A DNA stretch of 64,000 bases, from the NCBI GenBank assembly GCA_003229305.1, contig QIDH01000092.1, positions 47,408-111,407 on the forward strand, given 5' to 3'. The DNA comes from Acidimicrobiia bacterium (GTDB lineage Bacteria > Actinomycetota > Acidimicrobiia > Spongiisociales > Spongiisociaceae). Each line of letters starts with the position of its first letter. Within the stretch, counting starts at the first letter, position 1. The position numbers and the translations under genes were made by a program. Below are positions 45,586 to 54,549 of the stretch, in pieces. The notes beneath the pieces were generated by a model, which worked only from the letters and a program-made list of their open reading frames with translations, searched no databases and was not told where the DNA came from.

Positions 45586-46724
45586 CCTGTGCGCCTCTCT
45601 CCACGATGTGCCGGTACCGACTCTAGGAGACGAATCACGTCAGTGAGGTCGTGCAGCGAGGCGGCAGGAAGAAAATCGTCAATGAACGGAAGCACGGCCT
45701 TCATGCCCTGGGTCTCAGGCGAATAGCCGGGCCGGGCAGCCAGCGGGTTGAGCCAAACCGTGCGATGCATGGTGCGGTGGAACCGGGCCATCTCGACGCG
45801 GAGCAAGTCGGGGTCGCCCCTGTCCCAGCCGTCACTAACGACTATCCCGATCGGCCCACCCCTTGCCACCCTTCGGCTCCACTCACGGTTGAACGCCTCG
45901 ATCGACTCTCCGATTCGGGTGCCACCTGACCAATCGTGCACCGAGTCAGAGACCAGTCGCAACGCCGCGGCAGGGTCGCGTCTTCGCAACTCGTGGGTTA
46001 TGCGAGTCAGGCGGGTGGAGAAGACAAAGGTCTCGACCCTTCCCATCCTGGCAGGCGCGGCGTGGGCGAAGTAGAGAAACATCTCCACGTATTTGTCCAT
46101 CGATCCGCTGACGTCTGCGAGGATCACCAATGGCCGTTTGCGCGGTTTGCGGGCTGAGAACTCCATGGGAAGAAAGTCCGAGCGAGGGCCGACCGCGTTG
46201 CGCAGGGTGCGGCGCATATCCGGGCGTCTGCCATGGCCATCCGCCACCCAGCGCCGACTCTTGGCGTCTGCCGGTCTCCAAACCATCCTGGCGATCATCG
46301 CCCGCACTTCGGCGATCTCGTCAGGCGTCAGGTCCGAGAAATCTCGCTTGCCCAATTTCTCGGCGTATGACCCACCAAGCTGATCGCTGACCTCTTCGGC
46401 ATCGTCATCGTCCGCCGAAGGCGGGTCGACTCCGATCACCGGCACCTTCATCGACATCTGCTCAGGCGGAGCCACAATCTGGGGTCTCGGCTGTTTCCAT
46501 CCCCTTCCGAAGAACAAGTCGAAGGCGTCATCGAAGATAGGCCGATGCTCAGGTCGAGAGATGGTCATCGCCCGAAAGGCCGCCCTCACATCGTCGACGT
46601 TCTCAAACCCGATGAGCTCAGCCGACTTCAGCAACTCTGCCCCGGTAGCCGGAACAACATCGAGGCCCCGCGCCCGCAGGTAGCGACAAAAATGAACCAA
46701 GTTGGCAGACAGCGCATGCACCAC
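45582..46724 (-). CDS. VWA domain-containing CoxE-like protein
   Basis: MIDAS motif [12 protein letters not shown]-terminus [15 protein letters not shown] is typical of CoxE. I propose a GTG start at 46724 or 46721, because the track start at 46820 adds an implausible Cys-rich extension. Confidence 0.8.
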   Translation of the reverse strand: MVHALSANLVHFCRYLRARGLDVVPATGAELLKSAELIGFENVDDVRAAFRAMTISRPEHRPIFDDAFDLFFGRGWKQPRPQIVAPPEQMSMKVPVIGVDPPSADDDDAEEVSDQLGGSYAEKLGKRDFSDLTPDEIAEVRAMIARMVWRPADAKSRRWVADGHGRRPDMRRTLRNAVGPRSDFLPMEFSARKPRKRPLVILADVSGSMDKYVEMFLYFAHAAPARMGRVETFVFSTRLTRITHELRRRDPAAALRLVSDSVHDWSGGTRIGESIEAFNREWSRRVARGGPIGIVVSDGWDRGDPDLLRVEMARFHRTMHRTVWLNPLAARPGYSPETQGMKAVLPFIDDFLPAASLHDLTDVIRLLESVPAHRGERRTG

Positions 46725-47163
46725 GATCCAAAGTGTGCCACAGCTCCAGCAAGGCGCGATAAGGAGGCAGCTCCATGGGGACATTCGACAACACCCGATC
46801 TGATCGTGGCAGAATTCCACGATGGTGGATACGGGGCCAGCCCAATGGCTTTACCGCTATCGACGGGCCGCATGGTTTCGGCCCCCTCAATCGAGAGGCT
46901 GAACTGCACGCTTCGACTCGTCGGGCATGATGTCCGCTCGCAGTGCGGAGGCCGCTTTGAACCCTCCGCAATCGCACTGTATCTCGGCGTGTCCGGCTGA
47001 CCGAAAGTGTATAGTCGTTGTCTTAGAGGTAGCCGGACGGGGATCTGGACTTGCTCCATCGCGGTGAGCAGGCCAGAGGGTAGGCCAAGCTGGTTCCGCT
47101 CTTGGAGCGGCGAGAGAGAAGCCCGTTTGACAGGCGTGACAACGGCACGCCGGAAGGGGAACC

Positions 47164-47673
47164 TTGAAGAAACTCAGTTCACTGCTGATCATGGTGGCTC
47201 TGGTCGGGGCAGCGTGCGGCGGCGCCGTCCAGGAGGAGCTAATCGAGCGAGCGGCTGAAGCCGGCGGGGCCGGTGATGTCGAGATCGACATCACCGACGG
47301 CACCGTCTCGATCAGCGTGGAGACCGAAGAACGCTCGTTCGCGGTTGGATCCGGCCTTGATGTGCCAGACGGGTTGACGTTCCCGCTTCCCAACGGGGGT
47401 GAAGTCACCACGGCAGGCACTGACGCGTCATACGTTTTCGCTGCCGTGCAATATCCGACGGACCGGTACGGCGAGATCGTCGCCTTCTACAAGGACTGGA
47501 CGTCAGCCGACGACCGAGAGTGGAACTTCTCTGAATCGTCGACCGAGATGTCCGGCGAGACGCTCCGTGGCGCACAGTGGATTTCATCGGCGTCAGCTAT
47601 CATGGTCAACGACTGCGCCACATCATCTGGGCAGTTCGATGCAGTCTGCGTGGGGCTCAACCAAAGCGGGTAG
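47164..47673 (+). CDS. hypothetical lipoprotein
   Basis: TTG start. Signal peptide with lipobox LVGAAC. I recognise no family. Confidence 0.6.
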   Translation: MKKLSSLLIMVALVGAACGGAVQEELIERAAEAGGAGDVEIDITDGTVSISVETEERSFAVGSGLDVPDGLTFPLPNGGEVTTAGTDASYVFAAVQYPTDRYGEIVAFYKDWTSADDREWNFSESSTEMSGETLRGAQWISSASAIMVNDCATSSGQFDAVCVGLNQSG

Positions 47674-48192
47674 CGGGTCAAATCGTCCAATCGATGCACC
47701 TCCGCAATCAGGGAGGGCCGTGGAGGTCGAGACAACAAGGCATCGCCCACTAGATCCGGACTGGGATGAGAGCTCGAACTTGGCTGGGTCGGGGGAGGTG
47801 CCGGGTACTGAGGCTGAGGTGGACATGACTGGAGACAAACGGCTTCGCCGGCAGGACCTAGGCTATTTTCCCCCTCTTTCGCGAGCGCTCTCATCTTTGC
47901 AGTCATCGTCATGAGCCTTTGGCCCGGAAGTGGAGAAGACGCGGGCGCCACAGTGGCCACAGCGGTTGTGACAGCTGGTGCCCTCACCATGATCCAGTCA
48001 CGAGCGTAAAAAGAAGCGTCCCTCGGTTTCCGACCCAGCAACTGACGCCGGTTCAGCGAATCGCATATCTATTTCTCAGATTCTCCACTGGAACGAGAAC
48101 AAACTGGCGAACTCCGGTAAGCCGCGATACGGGGGTCGATCACTCCTTGGTTTAGTCGTTATGAGACCAGATTTGGCGATCCGGCTGGAGCT

Positions 48193-48606
48193 TCAGGGCA
48201 GAAGCTCGAAGCTCGGAGTGTGGGAGGGACGCACGATCGAAAAATGCCTACGGTCGAGTGTCGCGATCTTCGTGATATTGAGGCGCTCGGCCGCAGCGAC
48301 TACCGATGCGTCGACGGATCCGAGGGGAAGGTCCCGGTATTGGCTTACCAACTCGGCGATCCGGAGCCAATCACCGGCCACCACCGACTCAATGGTGAAC
48401 TCCCCAGCGGCGAGATCACCGAGGAAGCGGACTTCGGCGTCTGCACCCAGCCGACTCCCGATGAGGTAGACGACCTCGGTGATGACAAGGGTCGGGATGA
48501 TCAGGGGACCAGGGTGGGTGAGCAGGAGTTCAAGCGACTCGCCATGGTGGCGGTCGTCGGCATCGACGTAGGCGTAGAGCGGTCCGGCGTCGACCAGAGT
48601 GGCTAT
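48193..48606 (-). CDS. vapC: PIN-domain toxin VapC (no canonical start codon; possible ATA start or decaying gene)
   Basis: The frame is open from 48606 and reads (I)ATLVDAGPLYAYVDADDRHH...ITEVVYL...GSVDASVVAAAE...TLDRRHF, so the four PIN acidic positions are present. The first ATG/GTG/TTG in frame is only at 48384. An ATA at 48606..48604 overlaps the vapB stop (ATAG). Confidence 0.65.
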   Translation of the reverse strand: MATLVDAGPLYAYVDADDRHHGESLELLLTHPGPLIIPTLVITEVVYLIGSRLGADAEVRFLGDLAAGEFTIESVVAGDWLRIAELVSQYRDLPLGSVDASVVAAAERLNITKIATLDRRHFSIVRPSHTPSFELLP

Positions 48607-48824
48607 TTCGCCACCTCGGCCGCCAGGATCTCTTCGATGCGCTCAGAGATGTCCTGGCGTCCGCTGCGGCCCGCGCCGGCTGCTCGCAGGTGACGCTGCT
48701 GGCTGCCGAGGTGATGCTCGATAGCTTCCCGGGTCAGCTTGGAGACGGTCATCCCACGCCGTTGCGCCTCGTGGCGAAGCTTGGCATCGAGCTCGTCAGG
48801 GAGTTTGACTGTAGTTCGCCTCAT
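48603..48824 (-). CDS. vapB: ribbon-helix-helix (CopG-like) antitoxin VapB
   Basis: 73 aa. Sequence MRRTTVKLPDELDAKLRHEAQRRGMTVSKLTREAIEHHL is an RHH pattern. The gene lies directly upstream of the PIN ORF. Confidence 0.8.
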   Translation of the reverse strand: MRRTTVKLPDELDAKLRHEAQRRGMTVSKLTREAIEHHLGSQQRHLRAAGAGRSGRQDISERIEEILAAEVAK

Positions 48825-49030
48825 AGTATGTCAGCATATCCAATCAGTCGATCGAAGGGAAGATGTTCGAATCCAAACGACACCCCGAGGTGTCGATCTG
48901 CTTGGTGCGTTCGTGCAACTCGGATTGGTCGCCGTGCCCGCAATCCTCACGTTGGGGCGAGGCGACCTGCAACGATCCTGTACCGTCCGGGTGGCGACAC
49001 CATATCCGGTGCAGGAACGGAGCATCACAG

Positions 49031-50236
49031 ATGACGATCAAGATCAACGCTGACCTTTTGATTCCTGGTCGCGGTGTGCCGATCGACAACGGCGCGGTGG
49101 TCATGGATGGTGGCGCCATCACCTTTGCCGGCCCCCAATCCGAGGCACCAAACGCTGATGAGACGGTCGAAGTTCCGGTGGTGATGCCTGGCCTGTGGGA
49201 ATGTCACGGGCACTTTCCCGGGATGGCGCTGCCAGACCTCGAGAAGGAGATGAGCGAACCGCTGGCGGCTCGAGCGGCTCGGGCAACCGTCGACATTGCG
49301 GCCACCTTGCAGGGAGGAGTCACGTCGGTTCGTGAGGTCGGCGGGCTGGGGATCTACCTACGATCGGTCGTCGACGAGGGCTCGATCAGCGGACCGACCA
49401 TCTACCCGGCCGGCGGGATCCTGTCCACCACAGGAGGCCACGCAGACGTGCACGGACTACCGCTCGACTGGGTGCTCAATGGCGAAGGCATCGGGCTGAT
49501 CTGTGACGGCGTGCCTGAATGCCTGAAAGCGGTTCGTTGGAACCTTCGCAAGGGCGCTTCTGTGATCAAAGTATGTGCCTCCGGTGGGGTGATGAGCGAG
49601 GTCGACCATCCGATCCATCAGCAGTTCTCGGACGAGGAACTGACTGCCATCGTCGAGGAGGCAGGACGCGCGGAGCGTGCGGTCGCCGCCCATTGCCACG
49701 GCAAACCCGGGATCATGGCAGCGATCAGAGCAGGCGTCACCACAATCGAGCACGGCTCCTACCTCGACCAGGAGGCCGCCGAGGCGATGGTCGAATCCGG
49801 CACCATCCTGGTTCCCACCCGGTTCGTGCTCGACATGCTCGAAGACATGGGCGACATGCTTCCCGCCTATGCACAACGCAAGGCGCTGATGGTCACCGAG
49901 GCCCACGAAGTGGCATTGAAGACGGCCATCGCCACCGGGGTCAAGATTGCCATGGGCACAGACATTTTCACGAGCGGCACCCGTTATGGGACGAACGGCA
50001 AGGAGATCAAGCTGCTCATCGACGCCGGCCTGCCTCCGCTCGACGCGCTGGAGGCCGCGACGGCCACGGGCCCCGAAACGCTTGGTGGCCAGGCGCCGTT
50101 CTCTGGCCAGTTACTCGAGGGCTACAACGCGGACTTGATCGCCCTCGACTTCAATCCGCTCGAAGACTGGGCGCCGTGGGGAGATCCCAACAGGGTGACC
50201 CACGTATGGAAAGCCGGTGAGCCAGTCAAGGGTTGA
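49031..50236 (+). CDS. amidohydrolase family protein
   Basis: ATG at 49031 (MTIKINADLLIPGRG...). Sequences PGLWECHGHF (HxH), VAAHCHG and MGTDIF fit the metal-dependent hydrolase pattern. Confidence 0.8.
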   Translation: MTIKINADLLIPGRGVPIDNGAVVMDGGAITFAGPQSEAPNADETVEVPVVMPGLWECHGHFPGMALPDLEKEMSEPLAARAARATVDIAATLQGGVTSVREVGGLGIYLRSVVDEGSISGPTIYPAGGILSTTGGHADVHGLPLDWVLNGEGIGLICDGVPECLKAVRWNLRKGASVIKVCASGGVMSEVDHPIHQQFSDEELTAIVEEAGRAERAVAAHCHGKPGIMAAIRAGVTTIEHGSYLDQEAAEAMVESGTILVPTRFVLDMLEDMGDMLPAYAQRKALMVTEAHEVALKTAIATGVKIAMGTDIFTSGTRYGTNGKEIKLLIDAGLPPLDALEAATATGPETLGGQAPFSGQLLEGYNADLIALDFNPLEDWAPWGDPNRVTHVWKAGEPVKG

Positions 50237-50419
50237 GGCCAACCTCTAGGCCCGAAGACCTGCACCGAGAATCGTGAGGGTCTGTTCGACGATGAGGTCG
50301 GTGTCTTCGACCATCGGATCTGGCACATCTTCTTTGGTGAGCAGAATCAGCACGAGGCTCGCTGTGGAGGAAAGCCGAGAATCGATCACTCATTGGTTGC
50401 GAGTGGGCTGATCGTCGAG

Positions 50420-51177
50420 TCAGCCGGTGCCCAGTCCACCCTGGGTCAGAGAGGCAGCGAGTTCTTTGGCCGCATGATCCATATGGCGTTGCATGAACAC
50501 GCGAGCACCGTCTGCGTCGCCGACGCTAACGGCCTCGAACACAGCGAAATGCTCACGGTGAAATGCCTCCGTTGAGTCTGCTGCGTCGATTACCCGTGTT
50601 ATCCATACGCGTAGGAGTGACTGCACGCTTGTGATGATGTCGAGGAAGACGGAGTTGCCGGCCGCCTGTGCGAGAGCAATGTGGAAAGCAACGTCAGCCT
50701 CGACGAACTCACCCGTGTCGGTGGCGCTCGACATCGCGTCGAGATGTCCCTCTATTGCCTCCAGGTCCTTGGCCGTCCTTCGTTCCGCTGCCAGAGATGC
50801 CACCGCGGTTTCTATGTGGCTGCGAGCTTCGACCAAATCCATCGTGTTCGCTCACCGAGGAGCATTCCCCATTCGATGATCTGGGGCAATAGCTCAGAGT
50901 CCGGTTCCTTGACGTACGACCCGGAACCTTGCCGGACGTCAATTAGTCCAAGCAGAGACAAAGACCTGAGCGCATCACGAACGGCCGAACGTCCGATGCC
51001 CAAAGCGTCAGCGAGCTGTCGTTCGGACGGCAGCCTGTCTCCCGGCTTCAACCGCCCATCGGTGACCAGATGATCGACAAGCTTACGAGTGAGAGAGAAT
51101 TCTTGTGCGGCTGGGCCGTGATGATGCCGTTGCCCATCTACTGGTGACCGCACCGCCCGATGTAGCGGTGTCAACAA
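50420..51177 (-). pseudogene. GntR/FadR-family regulator split by a frameshift (HTH ORF 50812..51177, FCD ORF 50420..50842)
   Basis: The HTH part (GDRLPSERQLADALGIGRSAVRDALRSLSLLGLIDVRQGSGSYV) ends ...LLGERTRWIWSKLAAT*. The FCD part starts MDLVEARSHIETAVASLAAERRT in another frame, and the two ORFs overlap by 31 nt. Confidence 0.7.
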
Positions 51178-51627
51178 ACCTGGGTGGGTGGATAAACGCC
51201 ATGGGCATGTATTCGGCCGAAGAGACCGAGCTCTTCTCTACGGGCAATCGACCGCTGAGTTGGCGCCCTGGGACCGGGCGGTCAGCACATCGAACTGGAA
51301 TCTCGGAAATAAACCTCTTCATGTTGCTTGACCAACTCGGAATTACACACGAGCGTGAATGGGATCGGTGTACAGGCAGCCGGTCGGGCCTGTCGGTGTC
51401 AACCGGTTCGGCGAATCGGGGGCGATTCGGGATGTGTATCGCAGCTTTGGGCCTCTGGCGGACCAGATCGTGAACGTCGAGTCGGTCTCTGTCAGCCGAC
51501 CTTTTTGGTGCTGCCCGGCTGACATCTCACTGCCGTCATCGGCGATACTGCAACAATCCGATGACTCGACGAGCGGCGTAGCAGATGTCACGATGTGGTC
51601 CACCGGTCAACCACTAGGAGTTCCGGA

Positions 51628-51875
51628 GTGTACGAGCGTATCGACCATGTCGGCGTTGTCGTTGCGGACATCTCGCTGGCGGCGACGTGGTACGAGGACA
51701 ACCTCGGATGGAAGTTGCGCCACACGGAGTACGTCGCCGACACCGGCACCTCCCCAGAGAGACGTCCAGCTCGTTTGCCCCTGGAGCCCGACTTCGTCCG
51801 GTTTGGAGGAGATAGTTGGGGCAAGGCCCGACGAGATCGAAGTTGCTCGCCACCGTCCCGCACAATCGGCTGTGG
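51628..51875 (+). pseudogene. VOC/glyoxalase-family (methylmalonyl-CoA-epimerase-like) gene remnant
   Basis: AGGAG followed by GTG at 51628. The N-terminus (M)YERIDHVGVVVADISLAATWYEDNLGWKLRHTEYVADTG is VOC-like. Similarity is then lost, and the frame runs antisense into the well-supported M15 gene. Confidence 0.4.
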
Positions 51876-53030
51876 CTACGGGCTGGTGCCGGCCAGCGGC
51901 CGGTTGTATTCGAAGTGGGCGCCGTCAGGGAAGGTCCAGCCTCCACCCCAGGCGAAGCCAAGGTTGCGGAAGATCTCGACTATCTCGGGGCGCATTTCGA
52001 TAGCGCCACCATACGGGTTGGCGGTCGGGTTGATGTCTATCGCAACTCCCCACGTGTGCCGGGAGATGGCTCCGCCCTTGTCGCCGCCCCGGATCGCCCG
52101 AGCGTTGTAGCAGCCCCCGGAAATTTGGAAATCGTTACGCGATATCTCACCGGTCAACCCGGCCTCGATGATCTGGTCGATGGCCTCACTGATCAGCGGA
52201 GCGATGATGCGGTTGCACCGAAACGGTCCCAGCAACGGGAGGTCGACATCGACCACATTGTCTGGTCGCCACTCCGAATCGAGCCGGATGGCGTCACCCC
52301 TGCCAATCGTACGGTATGCGAACTCTCCGAACTGCTCCTTGATGAGGACCGTAGGGAGCACGTCGTCTGGCCGAGCAGGATCGGTCGAGGCAGTGATCCT
52401 GGTTCGGCCGGTTGGGAGGCGGCGCCAGAGGTCGATCACGAGCTTGTCGTCGTCGTCCACGTCCCAGATCAATACAGACGAAGGCCGAACGAACCCGAAT
52501 CGTTCGGCTGTCGCCGTTGAGAAGACGAGCTCGGCGAACTCGACCCTCTCGTCCGGCACGATCTGGGCGATGCGCAACGTATTGATACTTCCATCCCACC
52601 CGATGAACTCGACCATGTCGCCAACACTGGCGCCTCGCAGGCCTGCTGATGTCGAACCCATCAGAACCTGGCCGGCCGATAGTGCGGCTGCAGCCGAACG
52701 TCCGATGAGGGGCACAGCCTTGCGCGGGTCAAGGGCCAGGGCAGACATCGGATAGCGGAAGCCCTCCGGGGCCTCCTGGATCGTCCGACCGGCGCGTTTC
52801 ACAGACAGCAAAGGGATGGTTCCCCGATGAACGACGAGCCATTCGGCGCCCGCGACGGCCGCGGCTTCAATCGCAGCTTCTGTGAACGGCCCGCTTATTC
52901 CACCAGGTTGCCAAGCTGTGATGCTGGGTGGGGGCTCCGACGGATCAGGGTCCAGTGCGAAAGCTTGGGCCGGAAGAATGAGAATCGAGACGAGTGCCCC
53001 CAACGTGACACGTCTGGCGGCCTTGATCAT
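51876..53030 (-). CDS. secreted protein with C-terminal M15 (D-Ala-D-Ala carboxypeptidase/VanY-like) peptidase domain
   Basis: Signal peptide MIKAARRVTLGALVSILILPAQAFA. M15 zinc motifs SRHTWGVAIDIN and GAHFEY. The ATG overlaps the MoxR stop (ATGA at 53027..53030). Confidence 0.75.
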   Translation of the reverse strand: MIKAARRVTLGALVSILILPAQAFALDPDPSEPPPSITAWQPGGISGPFTEAAIEAAAVAGAEWLVVHRGTIPLLSVKRAGRTIQEAPEGFRYPMSALALDPRKAVPLIGRSAAAALSAGQVLMGSTSAGLRGASVGDMVEFIGWDGSINTLRIAQIVPDERVEFAELVFSTATAERFGFVRPSSVLIWDVDDDDKLVIDLWRRLPTGRTRITASTDPARPDDVLPTVLIKEQFGEFAYRTIGRGDAIRLDSEWRPDNVVDVDLPLLGPFRCNRIIAPLISEAIDQIIEAGLTGEISRNDFQISGGCYNARAIRGGDKGGAISRHTWGVAIDINPTANPYGGAIEMRPEIVEIFRNLGFAWGGGWTFPDGAHFEYNRPLAGTSP

Positions 53031-53911
53031 GCCGAAGACAGGAGACGCTCGACGCCGCCGCTTCTGACCCGCTCGATGTCCTCCTGGTATTTGAGCACGA
53101 CCCCGAGCGTGTCGTCTGCGCTTCCGGGATCGAGCACGTCTGCTCCGAGCACTTGGAGTGCAGATGCCCAGTCGAGCGTTTCCGCGACACCGGGAGGCTT
53201 GAAGAGATCGAGGCTGCGGAATTTTCCCATTGCCATGGCCAATTGCGAGGCAAGCCCCTCGTCGATGCCGGGAACCTTGCGCATGACAATGTCAATTTCT
53301 CGGTCAAAGTCCGGGTAGTCAATCCAGTGATAGATACAGCGCCGTTTGAGCGCGTCATGTATCTCTCTCGTCCGATTCGACGTGAGGATCACTACCGGAG
53401 GTTGAACGGCCTTGATGGTGCCGACCTCTGGGATCGTGACCTGGAAGTCTGACAGAAGCTCCAACAGGTAGGCCTCGAACTCTTCATCGGCCCTATCGAG
53501 TTCGTCGATCAAGAGAACTGGCCTCCTGCCTGTCGCCCCGAGTTCGATCGCTTCGAGCAGCGGCCGTGCCACGAGATAGTCGCGACTCATGATGTCGCCG
53601 ACGGATGCATCCGCGCCTTCTCCTCGTGCCTCCAACAGGCGAATGGCCATCATCTGACGGGCGTAGTCCCATTCATAGAGTGCATGGCCGGCATCGAGTC
53701 CCTCGTAACATTGGAGGCGGATGAGAGGCTCATCGAGCATCGCGGACAAAACCTTGGCAACCTCGGTTTTCCCGACACCAGCCTCGCCCTCCAGGAACAG
53801 CGGGCGGCCGAGTTGCAGGGCGAGATGGATCGAGATGACTAGCGAGCGATCGGCCACATAGTCGTGGTCGGAAAGCGCGGCTTCAACCTCCTCGAGTGTG
53901 GTGGGGAACAT
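53027..53911 (-). CDS. MoxR-family AAA+ ATPase (CoxD-like)
   Basis: Walker A GEAGVGKTE, Walker B VLLIDELDRA, MoxR-type architecture. Confidence 0.9.
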   Translation of the reverse strand: MFPTTLEEVEAALSDHDYVADRSLVISIHLALQLGRPLFLEGEAGVGKTEVAKVLSAMLDEPLIRLQCYEGLDAGHALYEWDYARQMMAIRLLEARGEGADASVGDIMSRDYLVARPLLEAIELGATGRRPVLLIDELDRADEEFEAYLLELLSDFQVTIPEVGTIKAVQPPVVILTSNRTREIHDALKRRCIYHWIDYPDFDREIDIVMRKVPGIDEGLASQLAMAMGKFRSLDLFKPPGVAETLDWASALQVLGADVLDPGSADDTLGVVLKYQEDIERVRSGGVERLLSSA

Positions 53912-53988
53912 GCGAACGAGCCTAGTGTCCTGGCCGCTTCCGCAGATGGCATCGCCGGCAGCGACGGTTTCAACGTGCTTGCGCTAGC

Positions 53989-54324
53989 GTGCCCGGCATG
54001 ACGAACGACGTGGTGCCAGAAGTCGAAGCTACAGAGGCGAAGCGACTCATCGATGAGGAAGGGGCCATCCTGATCGACTGCCGTGAGCGCAAAGAGTGGA
54101 ACAAGTCGAGAATCCCAGGTGCCCAGCTCAAGCCGATGTCGACCGTAGACGACTGGTTCGGCGACCTACCCACCAATGGCACCATTCTGATCCATTGCGA
54201 ATCCGGCGCCAGATCCGCCCAGATCACCCACGCGTTGACCAGCCAAGTCGGGTTGACCAACGTATTCAACGTCGCAGGAGGCATCAAGGCCTGGCGTAAG
54301 GCGGGGCTCCCGACAACCGGCTGA
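53989..54324 (+). CDS. rhodanese-like domain protein
   Basis: Active-site loop HCESGARS. Sequence LIDCRERKEWNKSRIPGA. The start is either the GTG at 53989 or the ATG at 53998. Confidence 0.8.
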   Translation: MPGMTNDVVPEVEATEAKRLIDEEGAILIDCRERKEWNKSRIPGAQLKPMSTVDDWFGDLPTNGTILIHCESGARSAQITHALTSQVGLTNVFNVAGGIKAWRKAGLPTTG

Positions 54325-54549
54325 ATCCCGCGTCGACACCAGGTACGGAGAAGCGCCCCGTACCAGCGGTACGAGGCGCTTTCCAAGCAGCCTCCACCAT
54401 CCCGAGCAGGGGATAGCTGTGCAATCTCACCATCACGGTGAGTGTTCACATTCTATTTCACAAAACCCTCCCTGCAAAGGGCCATTTCTGGATTTCGGTT
54501 CGTGGTCAGCAACAAACCGGACAGGCCGGTCGGCTGCTCGACATTCCGC

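Noticed and set aside
47674-48192. Track ORFs 47487..48041 (minus) and 47919..48155 (plus) in the gap left of vapC.
   Set aside because: There are no recognisable motifs and the composition is Pro/Ser/Arg-rich. One of them overlaps the lipoprotein gene by about 190 nt. I treat the region as noncoding or decayed DNA.
48850-48880. GTTCGAATCC, a tRNA T-loop-like string next to the vapBC module (possible tRNA or att remnant).
   Set aside because: The flanking bases cannot form a T-stem (AGATG versus CCAAA) or an acceptor stem, and no cloverleaf can be drawn. I treat it as a chance match.
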